Positions 40,380-50,643 of a stretch of 64,000 nucleotides of DNA are shown here, one piece after another (position 1 is the stretch's first letter; the number at the start of each line of letters is the position of its first letter). The position numbers and the translations under genes were made by a program. Source of the DNA: an uncultured delta proteobacterium. Lineage in GTDB: Bacteria > Desulfobacterota > Binatia > UBA9968. Location of the stretch: NCBI GenBank assembly GCA_963771465.1, contig CAVYTU010000005.1, positions 32,001 through 96,000 of the forward strand, read 5' to 3'. The notes under the pieces were generated by a model. The model was not told the origin of the DNA. It searched no databases and saw nothing but the letters and a program-made list of their open reading frames with translations.

Positions 40380-41864
40380 TCACAGCGGCGTGACGCTCGC
40401 CGGCGGCTTGCGGTGACGGGTCGTCTGCTCGTAGGCATAGGCGAACTTGATCATATTGCCGTCGTCATAGGGCCTGCCGAGAAAAGTGATGCCCGCCGGC
40501 AAATTGTCGCGGGTAAAACCGGCCGGCACGGCCACCGATGGCACGTAAATCAAAAAGGTATTGATATGGGGCGCGCCTTTTTGATCGACGTAGGGCGGAT
40601 TGACCCCATCCTTGATCAAGGTCGGTTGGTGTTCGACGGATTTATGGACGATGGCGTCGAGTCTAAGATCGGCCATGACCTTGAGCAGGTTGGTCATCAG
40701 TTCTTCTTTGGCTTTCAAATATTCATAGTGTGCTTCGGCCGTAGCGTTGCGCGCCCAGCGCTCACGCGAGCCTTTGACGACTCTCTGAAAGTCGGCAGAC
40801 AGCATCGCTTCGGCGCGGGATCGATACGGCTGTTGCTTGCTCCGCCCGAGAAAGTTTCGGAAGCCTTCTTCATCGTCGGTGAAGCTGCCGGCTCGTTTGG
40901 CGAGTAACGCTTTCAAGTTTGGGATGACCACCGGATCGACGACCGCCGCACCGGCTTTCGTTAGCTCGGCAACGGCTTTGTCGAAGACTTCAGTAATCTT
41001 GTTGAAGTCCGCCGAGCCCGGTTCGGCGTCGTAGCCCATGGACTCGCGCAAAATACCGATGCGCGCGCCTTTCAGTCCGTCGGCGTCGAGAAATCTTGTG
41101 AAGGTATCCGGAACCCGACCGACGCCCCGCGCCGTCACGGGATCGTCGGCATCGTAGCCGACCATGATGTCCAACAGCTTTGCCAAATCTGTGACCGTAC
41201 GGGCCATCGGGCCAAGCGAGCCGTTGACTGATGGCCAGCCGGCGTAGACGCCGCTGCGGCTGACGAAGCCGGCTGTTGGCCGCATGCCTGAGACGCCGTT
41301 CCACGTCGACGGCCGGCGGATCGAGGCGAAGCCTTCTTGACCGACGGCGACCGTGCAGAAATTCGCCGACACGCTGGCGCCCGAGCCGCCCGATGAACCG
41401 CCGGCGGTGCGTTCGAGGTCGTAGGGATTTTTCGTCGAACCGAACAGCGATCCATGAGTGTCGCCGCCGCCGAGCTCGCCGAGTGTCGCTTTGGCGAGAA
41501 TGATGGCGCCGGCTTTTTTCAATTTATCGACGACGAAGGCATCGCGATCGGGATAATAATCTTTGAACAAGAGTGAGCCGAGCGTGGTCGGCATCGGCGT
41601 GGCGTCGCCTTGATCTTTCATGATGATCGGGATGCCGTGCAGCGGACCGACAAAGCCTGATGCTTTGAACGCCGCGTCGAGGCGCCCGGCTTCTTCGAGG
41701 GCGCCGGGATTGAGCGAGATGATCGCATTGATCGCCGGCCCTTTTTTGTCGTAGGCCTCGATGCGGTCGAGATACATCTGCACCAGTTGGCGGCAAGTAA
41801 GCTCGCCGGATTTGAAAGCCGCGTGGACTTGTTCGATGGTGGTTTCTAGAATATTGAATGCCAT
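40380..41864 (-). CDS. Amidase signature family enzyme
   Basis: GPLHGIP..MKD; GGSSGGSG; SIRRP. Confidence 0.9.
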   Translation of the reverse strand: MAFNILETTIEQVHAAFKSGELTCRQLVQMYLDRIEAYDKKGPAINAIISLNPGALEEAGRLDAAFKASGFVGPLHGIPIIMKDQGDATPMPTTLGSLLFKDYYPDRDAFVVDKLKKAGAIILAKATLGELGGGDTHGSLFGSTKNPYDLERTAGGSSGGSGASVSANFCTVAVGQEGFASIRRPSTWNGVSGMRPTAGFVSRSGVYAGWPSVNGSLGPMARTVTDLAKLLDIMVGYDADDPVTARGVGRVPDTFTRFLDADGLKGARIGILRESMGYDAEPGSADFNKITEVFDKAVAELTKAGAAVVDPVVIPNLKALLAKRAGSFTDDEEGFRNFLGRSKQQPYRSRAEAMLSADFQRVVKGSRERWARNATAEAHYEYLKAKEELMTNLLKVMADLRLDAIVHKSVEHQPTLIKDGVNPPYVDQKGAPHINTFLIYVPSVAVPAGFTRDNLPAGITFLGRPYDDGNMIKFAYAYEQTTRHRKPPASVTPL

Positions 41865-41984
41865 TGTCGGAACTCCTGTTTTGATTCTGTTTAACTACTT
41901 CAGCGGTTGGCCAATGTCCAGTTGAGCGCAGCGCCCCAGCGCTCTGTGGGTTGGCCAGGAGAGCATGATTAGCGGCTGGAGTAG

Positions 41985-42659
41985 TTGCGAACCAGCGAGT
42001 GGAGAAGGTTGCCTCCAATCACGATAAGACGCCTTACGGTGAATCGTCAATCCGAGCGAGTTGTGTGGAACGCGATTGGCGAGCTTTGTTGCCGCACCGG
42101 CGATAATGGCGCGCCGATCGCGCCCCAGCGTTGGCGGCTTTTTGCTAGAATATGGATCGAGCCCTACGAAAAACAGCTGCCCGATTGGACCTATGTCGCC
42201 GAGGCGGACGGCGAAGTAATCGGTTATCTCACCGGCTGCCCTGATAGCCAAAAATTTGCCCGGCAAAACTTTTGGCGTTGCACGCTGCCGTTGCTCGTTG
42301 AGATTTTTATGGGCCGCTTTCGCGGCCAGGCCGACGCGCGCGCCTTCGCCCGGCGCGCGCTTGGCCTGACGCCTAGCGTCGAGCGCTGTTTTCCCAGTCA
42401 CGTGCGCCAGCGGATTCGCTCCGCTTACCCGGCCCATCTGCACATTAACGTGGACGCGCAATGGCGTGGCAGCGGCATTGGGCGGCGATTATGCCAGGCG
42501 TTCTTTGCCGATGTGCGGGCACAGGGCATTGCCGGGATCCATCTTTATTGCGGCGCCGATCCCCTGAAGTTTTATCTCCGGCTCGGCTTTGACGAGCTTT
42601 CGTTTATGCGCTTGGGTGGCGTGGCGGTACATTTGTTGGGGCTCAAGATTCAAACGTAA
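41985..42659 (+). CDS. GNAT N-acetyltransferase
   Basis: YPAHLHINV...RGSGIGRRL; start approximate. Confidence 0.8.
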   Translation: MRTSEWRRLPPITIRRLTVNRQSERVVWNAIGELCCRTGDNGAPIAPQRWRLFARIWIEPYEKQLPDWTYVAEADGEVIGYLTGCPDSQKFARQNFWRCTLPLLVEIFMGRFRGQADARAFARRALGLTPSVERCFPSHVRQRIRSAYPAHLHINVDAQWRGSGIGRRLCQAFFADVRAQGIAGIHLYCGADPLKFYLRLGFDELSFMRLGGVAVHLLGLKIQT

Positions 42660-42671
42660 GCTGGCTTAACC

Positions 42672-42700
42672 TTGACGATGGTGCCGGCCTTCAATAGAGT
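42672..42700 (+). promoter_or_regulatory. sigma70-like promoter
   Basis: TTGACG-N17-TAGAGT, ~40 bp before the cyclase start. Confidence 0.45.
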
Positions 42701-42738
42701 TCGCACGCAGTAACGCAGCTGGAAGTTGAGACGTAGAC

Positions 42739-44645
42739 GTGGCTGATGTCCGCAATAAAAAATTTCGCATCTCGCTGAAAATCAAGCTCAGTTTACTCAT
42801 CACCTTGCTGATCGTCCTTTCGGTTGGGCTGGTCGGTGATTATCTTTTGGACGAAGCGACCAAGAGTTTGCGCTACGAGATGACCAAACGCGGCTTAACC
42901 ATCGCCAATAATTTGGCGGCGAGCGCAAGAAACGCCCTGGTGACCCACGATGACCTCACGCTCAGTCTCTTGGTCAGGGACGCCCTCAAAGACGAAGACG
43001 TCGCCTACGTCGTGTTTGCCGACGATGATGGCAAAGTGGTCGCCCATGGCGATCTCAATTTTGTCGGCCGCAAGCTCGATCGGCCCAAAGAGTTAAAGCC
43101 GCTGGCGAACCAGCTGTTGGTGCAAAACTACGACGACGCCAAGGGCGGTGAGGTCTCGATTTCGCCGTACCGCTGGAGTTTAGCAAAGTCCGGCTCGGCG
43201 CGCTTTATCTCGGCTTCAGCGACCGTGGTATTCGCAGCACTGTCGATCGCTCGCGCAATCAAACCATCTGGATCACCGGCCTGATGATTCTCGGCGGCAT
43301 CACCGGCGCCGTGGGCTTGTCGATTGTTCTAACCAAGCCACTGCTGAAACTCGCGCAAGGGACCAAAAGCATTGCGGCGGGAAATTTTGACGTGACCCTG
43401 CCGATCGCGGCGCGCGACGAGATCGGCGATCTCACCGATTCGTTCAATGAAATGGCCAAGAGCCTGCGCGAAAAGGAAAAGATCAAGCACGCTTTCAGCA
43501 GTTACGTGGCGCGCCAGGTGGTCGAGGAAATTCTTAAAAACCCCGACAGTATCGTGGTCAGCGGCGAACGCCGGGACGTGACGGTGATTTTTTGCGACAT
43601 GCGCGGCTTTACCACGCTCGCGGAGCGGCTACCGCCGGAAGAGGTCGTCAGCGCGCTCAATGAATTTTATAACTTGATGATCGACGCTACCGTCAAGCAT
43701 GACGGCTATATCAACAAGTTTCTCGGCGATGCGGTGATGGCGATCTTCGGCGCGCCGACGCACTATGCCGATCATTGCCTGCGCGCGGTGAGAACCGCCG
43801 TGTCGATGCAGGTACGCGTCGCTGAGCTGAGCACGCGCCGGGTCATGGCCGGCAATTACAACGGGACGCCAAGTTTGACGCCGGGCCAGACCATCGTCAT
43901 ACCGAAACAGCAATGGAATCCTTCCGGCATCACGTCGAACGGCTACCAACTGGTGCCGATCCTCGTCTATCACGATGTCGCGCCCCAGGCCAAAGGGCGG
44001 ATGATCATTGGCGCCAAGGGTTTCGAGGCGCAGATGCGTTATCTCAAGGCGCAGGGCTACCGGGTGATCAATCTGAGAGAGTTCGTCGAGTTTGTCTCGC
44101 TGCAGCGCCAACTGCCAAAAAAGAGCGTGTTAATCACGTTCGACGATGGCTATCGCTCGTTTTCACGCTACGCTTACCCGGTTTTGAAAGAGCTTGGCTT
44201 TTCCGCGACGCTATTTATTTACACCGATTATATCGGCGCGGGTGGCAATGCATTTACTTGGCCGGAGCTAAAGAAGCTTTCGGATGAAGGGTTTCCCGTC
44301 CAAGCGCACTCGAAGAGCCATGGCGATATGGTGCGAGCGGGTGGCGAGCCCGCAGGGGAATATGAAAAGCGGCTTGAAGCGGAACTCGTGCAGCCCAAAG
44401 CGTTGTTCCAAAAATATCTCGGCTACGCGCCCGACATTATTGCCTATCCCTACGGCCGACAGGACGACGCCGTCGCGCGGCGGACTAAGGATCGAGGTTA
44501 TAGCGCGGCGTTCACGGTGCGGCGGCAGGGCAGCCAATCCTTCGTCGATCCGCACCGAATCCACCGGATCCAAATCTATCCCGAAATGAGCATGGATGAG
44601 TTCGTCAAGAGCCTCAGTCTATTTAGTCAGGAGGCGATTAAATGA
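42739..44645 (+). CDS. HAMP + truncated class III adenylate/guanylate cyclase fused in frame (~43850) to partial LysM + polysaccharide deacetylase; frameshifts ~43150-43260
   Basis: RDEIGDL..SFNEMA; FCDMRGFT, KFLGDAVMAIFGAP; then NYNG...LTPGQTIVIP, PILVYH, TFDDG, AHSKSH, AYPYG. Confidence 0.8.
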
Positions 44646-45772
44646 CGCTTCGTGATTGCTGTCATATTCTCCTCCTGGCGTGCTGCCTCACGCTCGCAAG
44701 CTGCACCGCAGTACAACAGGATGGACCGGGACGATCATCGGCTTTGGAAGCGTTGATCGCGCCGCAGCGCGACAAAGCGGCGGCGCTGGCGGCGCAGGGC
44801 GATTTACGGGGAGCCAGCGAAGCTTGGAAGGTTGTATTGACCATCGATCCCAGGGACGCAGTCGCATTGGCGGAAAGCAAAAGTCTCGCTGAGCGCATAC
44901 AGCAGGCGATCGCCGAGCGCATGGCGCGTGGACGGGAAGCGCTCAAACGCAACGTCCATCTCGAAGCGCGCGGCCACTTTCTCGCCGTGCTGGCCATGAA
45001 CCCCGGCCACAAAGAAGCCTTCGACGCGTTGCAAACCCAAGTGCGCGAAGTGCGGCAATTGAATCATACCGTGCGCGCGGGCGAGTCGCTGGCGTCCATC
45101 GCGCAATTTTATTACGGCGACCGGGTGCGCTCTGAAGTCATTTGGGAAACCAACCAGTTGCCCGTCAATCCGAAACTTTCACCCGGCATGGTGCTGAAGA
45201 TTCCCGAGATACCAGGCTTACCATTCGGGCGGCAAGATACGCCGCAGCCTGGCAAAGCGGCGCCGTCGGTCGCGCCGATCCCAGGCGCTAAGCCGGAGGC
45301 GAGCGAAGGCGAATTGTACGCGAATCCGGCGCTGGCCGATGCCAAGGAAGCTTCTGAACGAGGCGATTATGTATTGGCGTTAGCGACCATCGATCGTTTT
45401 CTCGGGCAAAATCCGCGCAGCGGCGATGCCGCGGAGTTAAAACGATCGGTCTTGTTTCAGCAGGGAAAGAGCTTGTTTGACCAGAATAAGTTTGTCGATG
45501 CCATGAACGCGCTCAATCAATTGTTGAAGCTGAGCCCGAAAGATAGTGGCGCGACGGCCCTGCTGACCAACGTGCGCGGCCGCTTGGTGCAGGAACACTA
45601 CAATCAAGGCATCCGGCTTTTTCGTGAAGAGAAACTTCAGCCGGCGATCGGTGAATGGCGCAGTGTTTTGCGATACGATCCCAGCCACGAAGCCGCCAAG
45701 CGCAACATCGATCAAGCCGAACGGCTGCTCAGGGGTTTGCAAGAGCGTCAGCAAAAGCAGAGCGTTAAATAA
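44642..45772 (+). CDS. TPR + LysM lipoprotein
   Basis: LASC lipobox; HTVRAGESLASIAQFYYG; TPR-like helices. Confidence 0.85.
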   Translation: MTLRDCCHILLLACCLTLASCTAVQQDGPGRSSALEALIAPQRDKAAALAAQGDLRGASEAWKVVLTIDPRDAVALAESKSLAERIQQAIAERMARGREALKRNVHLEARGHFLAVLAMNPGHKEAFDALQTQVREVRQLNHTVRAGESLASIAQFYYGDRVRSEVIWETNQLPVNPKLSPGMVLKIPEIPGLPFGRQDTPQPGKAAPSVAPIPGAKPEASEGELYANPALADAKEASERGDYVLALATIDRFLGQNPRSGDAAELKRSVLFQQGKSLFDQNKFVDAMNALNQLLKLSPKDSGATALLTNVRGRLVQEHYNQGIRLFREEKLQPAIGEWRSVLRYDPSHEAAKRNIDQAERLLRGLQERQQKQSVK

Positions 45773-45784
45773 TCTTGCTTCGTC

Positions 45785-46666
45785 TCACGGTTTATCGTCT
45801 TCCAGGGTCAAAAAATCGCGCTCGATTTTTTGCCAGCCGTCTAAATCAACGACGCGATCGCGTTCTTTGAACGTGGTCAGCGCCGCATCGATCGACTCGG
45901 TAGTGCCGTCCCGTTTGAGCGTGCTGAGCGCGCTGCGCATGGCGTAAATTCCCGCCCGTTGAGTTTCCGAAGGATAGATGGCGATGCGATAGCCGATTTT
46001 TTCCAAGCGTTCGACCGGCAGCATGGGCGTTTTGCCGCCTTTGAACACGTTGACCAGCAGCGGGATATTGGGAATTTGCCGGGGAATCTCCGCCAACTCT
46101 TCTTCCGACTGCGGCGCTTCGATAAAGATCGCATCGACGCCGAGTTTGGCGAAGGCTTGGCCGCGTTTGATCGCGTCGTCAAAGCCATGGACGCCGCGGG
46201 CGTCGGTGCGGGCGATGATGCCGAAATCGGCATCGCTGCGATTGGCCAGCGCGGCTTTGAGTTTCTGCAGCATCTCGTCGAGCGGAATAACTTCTTTGCC
46301 GTCCAAGTGGCCGCAGCGTTTGGGCGTGATCTGATCTTCGATGTGAATTGCGGCGACGCCGGCGCGCTCGAAGGCGCGCACGGTGCGGACGAGATTAACC
46401 GCGTTGCCGTAGCCGGTATCGGCGTCAGCGATGATCGGAATAGAGATCACGGAAGCCACTTGGGCGGCGCGTTCGATGTTTTCCGACATCGTCACCAGGC
46501 CGATGTCGGGTATGCCCATGCTGCGGGCGACGGCGCCGCCGCTTAAATACGCGGCTTCGAAGCCGGCTTCTTGAACGAGCCGGGCGGACAGACCGTCGAA
46601 GCAGCCGGGAGCGACGAGTAATTTGTTGCGCTTGAGTAGTTGCTTGAGGGTTTGGCGTGGACTCAT
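45785..46666 (-). CDS. prpB: 2-methylisocitrate lyase (ICL/PEP mutase family)
   Basis: DADTGYG, PKRCGH, ARTDA; adjacent to prpD/prpC. Confidence 0.75.
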   Translation of the reverse strand: MSPRQTLKQLLKRNKLLVAPGCFDGLSARLVQEAGFEAAYLSGGAVARSMGIPDIGLVTMSENIERAAQVASVISIPIIADADTGYGNAVNLVRTVRAFERAGVAAIHIEDQITPKRCGHLDGKEVIPLDEMLQKLKAALANRSDADFGIIARTDARGVHGFDDAIKRGQAFAKLGVDAIFIEAPQSEEELAEIPRQIPNIPLLVNVFKGGKTPMLPVERLEKIGYRIAIYPSETQRAGIYAMRSALSTLKRDGTTESIDAALTTFKERDRVVDLDGWQKIERDFLTLEDDKP

Positions 46667-46737
46667 GTTTTACCTCAGCTTAGTTAAAGGGATGGTTGTC
46701 TTTCATTTCCGCCGTACAGGACGGTGGCGACCGGCGC

Positions 46738-48173
46738 CTACATTTTCAACGCAAACATGTCCGTAAACCGATCGACCGGTGTAGCGTCGAGCGCCGTCGA
46801 ATCATTGCATAAGCGCATAATCGCCTCGCACTGCTGTGGGGCGAAGCGCGAGGCTAAGTTCGCTGCGAACTTCTGCACCAACAGCGGCATGCCTTCGGCG
46901 CGGCGGCGGCGGTGGCCGATGGGATATTCGACGGCGACATTATCCGTCGACGTGCCGTCTTTGAAGAAAACTTGCACCGCGTTGGCGATGGAGCGTTTGT
47001 CGGCGTCGAGATATTCCTTCGTATAGCGTGGCTCTTCGACGCAGGTCATTTTGGCGCGCAGCGCATCAATGCGCGGATCATTGGCGACATCGTTTTCATA
47101 GTGATCGGCGGTTAATTCGCCGAAGATCAAACCAATGGCGGTCATGTATTGAATGCAATGGTCGCGGTCGGCGGGATTATGCAGCGGCCCGGATTTGTCG
47201 ATGATACGGATCGCCGATTCCTGCGTGCTGATGATGACTTTGTCGATCTCTTCTAGCCGATGTTTGACCCGTTCGTGCAACTGAATCGCGCACTCGACGG
47301 CGGTTTGCGCATGAAACTCCGCGGGGAAGGAGATTTTGAACAGCACGTTCTCCATTACATACGAACCTAAAAGCCGCCCCATGGTGAATGGCTTGCCGTG
47401 AAACAGCACGTCGTAGTAACCCCAAGTTTTGGCGGTCAGCGCGGATGGATAACCCATCTCGCCTTGCATCGCCATCAGCGCCAATCGCACGCCGCGGCTG
47501 GTGGCGTCGCCGGCAGCCCAGGATTTTCTCGGCCCGGTGTTGGGCGCATGGCGATAGACGCGCAGTGCGCCGCCGTCGGTCCAAGCGTTGGACAGTGCGC
47601 TGATGATTTGCTCCATGCTCCCGCTAAGCATGGCGGTGGCCATTGCGCTGGTCGCGACGCGGACGAGTAACACGTGATCCAAGCCGACCCGATTGTAACT
47701 GTTTTCCAGCGCCAGAATGCCTTGGATCTCGTGCGCCTTGATCATCGCTCGGAGCACGTCGCGTATCGTGAATGCTTTCTGTTTGTTGCGCGTGAGATAG
47801 TCGGCGAGGGCCAGAATGCCGCCGAGATTGTCCGACGGATGGCCCCATTCGGCGGCGAGCCAGGCGTCGTTGAAGTCCAACCAGCGAATCATCGCGCCAA
47901 TGTTGAACGCCGCGTGCACCGGGTCGAGCTGCCAGTCGGTCCCCGGCACGCGCGCGCCATTCGCTAGCACCGCGCCGGGAACGACGGGGCCGAGATGCTT
48001 GGCGCATTCCGGATAGCGCAGAGCGAGCAAGCCGCAGCCCAGCGTGTCGAGCAAATCGTAACGCGCGGTGTCGAGCGCTTCTTGCTGGTCGGCACGTAGT
48101 TGGCCGCGTAGTCGGCGAGATCGACTAATATCTTGTCCGGTTTGGGACGAATGTTTGAGACTTCTCCGCTCAT
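46738..48173 (-). CDS. prpD: 2-methylcitrate dehydratase (frameshift ~48080)
   Basis: [18 protein letters not shown]; [17 protein letters not shown]; [10 protein letters not shown]. Confidence 0.95.
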
Positions 48174-48187
48174 GATGCCACTCAAAG

Positions 48188-48254
48188 CGTTCAAGGGTTC
48201 AAGAGTTCAATCAGGGCAAGAGACATTGAATTTTTGAACCCGTGAACTTTGCAC
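48188..48254. repeat. GTTCAA periodic inverted repeat
   Basis: gttcaagg gttcaaga gttcaa ... ttgaattt ttgaaccc gtgaactt. Confidence 0.7.
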
Positions 48255-48260
48255 GAAGGT

Positions 48261-49379
48261 TTATCTTTTGTCGACCGGCACGAACGGCCGCGGCTCGGGC
48301 CCGATGTAATCGGCGTTGGGCCGAATCAAACGATTATCAGCGCGCTGTTCGATAATATGCGCCGCCCAGCCGGTGATGCGCGAAACGACGAACAGCGGCG
48401 TGAACATCGCCGTCGGAATGCCGCAGAAGTGATACGCCGTAGCGCTGTAGAAATCCAAGTTGGGGAACATTTTTTTCTCGCGCATCATTACCTGCTCCAT
48501 GCGCTCGGAGATCGCATAGAGCTTGGTATCGCCTTTGGCCTCGGCGAGTTTTTTCGACCAGCCTTTGATGACATTGGAGCGCGGGTCGGAAATCTTATAC
48601 ACGCGATGGCCGAAGCCCATGATGAGCTTTTTCGCCGCCATCATTTCCAGCAACCCCTTCTCCGCCGCATCGGGTGTGTCGAATTGCTCGATCAATTCCA
48701 TCGCCGCTTCATTGGCGCCGCCGTGCAGCGGTCCGCGCAGCGCGCCGATGCCGCCGGTGATCGCCGAGTAGAAGTCGGCCAACGTCGCGGTGATCGTGCG
48801 CGTGGTAAACGTCGAGGCGTTGAATTCATGTTCGGCGTAGAGAATCAGCGAGGCATCGATGGCGCGGCGCTGCAAGTCGTCGGGCTTCTTGCCGTGCAGC
48901 AAGTGCAAGAAGTGGCCGGCGGTGTCGTCATCGTCGGTTTCGGTATTGATGCGTTTGCCGCTGGTGACGAAATGGTGCCAATAGAGCAACATGGCGCTGA
49001 AGCAGGCGGTCAGCCGATTGGCAACGCCGATCTGGGTGCGGCCGGGGCCCTCGGGTTCCAAGGTGCCCAACATCGAGCAGCCCGTGCGCAGCACGTCCAT
49101 CGGATGGGTGCTGCTGGGAATTTCCTCAAGAACCGATTTTAACGTCGGATGGAGGCCGCGCAGGTTGCGCAATCTCGTCTTGTAATCGTCAAGCTCGTCC
49201 GCTTTCGGCAAACGGCCGTAGATCAGCAAATAGGCGACATCCTCAAAGGTCGAATGCGCCGCTAGATCCTCGATCGAGTAGCCGCGGTAGGTGAGACCGA
49301 CGCCTTGTTTGCCGACTGTCGAGATCGCCGTATTGCCGGCGATAATGCCTTCGAGGCCGCCGGTTTTTTTCTCTGCCAT
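48261..49379 (-). CDS. prpC: 2-methylcitrate synthase
   Basis: [32 protein letters not shown]. Confidence 0.9.
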   Translation of the reverse strand: MAEKKTGGLEGIIAGNTAISTVGKQGVGLTYRGYSIEDLAAHSTFEDVAYLLIYGRLPKADELDDYKTRLRNLRGLHPTLKSVLEEIPSSTHPMDVLRTGCSMLGTLEPEGPGRTQIGVANRLTACFSAMLLYWHHFVTSGKRINTETDDDDTAGHFLHLLHGKKPDDLQRRAIDASLILYAEHEFNASTFTTRTITATLADFYSAITGGIGALRGPLHGGANEAAMELIEQFDTPDAAEKGLLEMMAAKKLIMGFGHRVYKISDPRSNVIKGWSKKLAEAKGDTKLYAISERMEQVMMREKKMFPNLDFYSATAYHFCGIPTAMFTPLFVVSRITGWAAHIIEQRADNRLIRPNADYIGPEPRPFVPVDKR

Positions 49380-49521
49380 GGAAATATCCTCCACACCGAC
49401 AATGCAACGCGGCTCGTCGTATTTCAAGCAGCGAAAAGCCTTTCGCGAACCTCCAGCACTTGACAGTTCGGCGTTCGATTCGATAGCGCTGGGGTAAATC
49501 TTTTTTACCAGGGAGTGATTC

Positions 49522-50523
49522 ATGGCGTTACCGCAAACTTTCAAAGCGATGGTGGTTTCAGAAACTATCGAGAAAAAATTCGTTCGCGAAGTTACTCAAA
49601 AGGCGTTGAGCGAGCTGCCCGGCGGCGAGCTGATCGTCGAGGTGAAGTATTCCTCACTCAATTACAAAGACGCGTTGTCGGCCTCGGGCAACAAAGGCGT
49701 GACGCGCAAGTATCCGCACACACCGGGCATCGATGCTGCCGGCGTGGTCGTGGATTCGACGACCAAAGCATTTGGCGCCGGCGAGGAAGTCATCGTCATG
49801 GGCTTCGATCTCGGCATGAACACCTCCGGCGGCTTTGGCGAATACATCAGCGTGCCGTCCGGTTGGGCGGTGAAGCTGCCGCAAGGTTTGTCACTGCGCG
49901 ACAGCATGGGTTATGGCACCGCCGGCTTGACCGCGGCGCTATGCTTGTTGCGACTGATGGCCGGTGGATTGAACAAAGATTCCGGCGAGGTGTTGGTGAC
50001 CGGCGCGACTGGCGGCGTCGGCAGTATCGCCGTGGCGATTCTCGCCAAGCTCGGCTTCAATGTCGTGGCCGCCACGGGCAAGGCGAACGAAACTGAGTAT
50101 CTCACCCAGCTTGGCGCCAAGGCGGTCATCTCGCGCGAAGAGGCCAACGATACCTCGGGCCGGCCGATGCAAAAAGGGCGTTGGGCCGGGGTCGTCGACA
50201 CGGTGGGCGGAAACATTCTCGCCACGGCGCTCAAGAGCGCGAAATACGGCGGCTTGGTAGCGGCCTGCGGCAACGCTATGTCCGCCGATCTAAGCGTCAG
50301 CGTATTTCCATTTATTCTCCGCGGCGTGAGTTTGCTCGGCGTCGATTCCGTCGAGATTCCCATGCGCGCGCGCCAGATGGCGTGGAACAAACTCGCCGGC
50401 GAATGGAGTGTCGATCTGGCGCGCATCGTTAGCGAAGTTTCACTCGATGCCCTGAGCCCGGAGATCGACAAGATTTTAAAAGGCGGTGTGCGCGGCCGAA
50501 TCGTAGTCGACTTGGGCAAGTAG
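49522..50523 (+). CDS. acuI: YhdH/AcuI acryloyl-CoA reductase family MDR oxidoreductase
   Basis: [40 protein letters not shown]. Confidence 0.85.
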   Translation: MALPQTFKAMVVSETIEKKFVREVTQKALSELPGGELIVEVKYSSLNYKDALSASGNKGVTRKYPHTPGIDAAGVVVDSTTKAFGAGEEVIVMGFDLGMNTSGGFGEYISVPSGWAVKLPQGLSLRDSMGYGTAGLTAALCLLRLMAGGLNKDSGEVLVTGATGGVGSIAVAILAKLGFNVVAATGKANETEYLTQLGAKAVISREEANDTSGRPMQKGRWAGVVDTVGGNILATALKSAKYGGLVAACGNAMSADLSVSVFPFILRGVSLLGVDSVEIPMRARQMAWNKLAGEWSVDLARIVSEVSLDALSPEIDKILKGGVRGRIVVDLGK

Positions 50524-50534
50524 AAAGGGAAAGA

Positions 50535-50608
50535 TTCATCACGAAGGACACGAAGAGCATGAAGTTCGGAAATTAATCATCCGAACCCTTCGTGATCTTC
50601 GTGGTGAA
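50535..50608. repeat. 9-bp periodic inverted repeat (CACGAAG family)
   Basis: ttcatcacgaaggacacgaagagcatgaag ... cttcgtgatcttcgtggtgaa. Confidence 0.75.
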
Positions 50609-50643
50609 AAGTTCTTTTTCGCACTGAATCGAAAGGCAATCTC

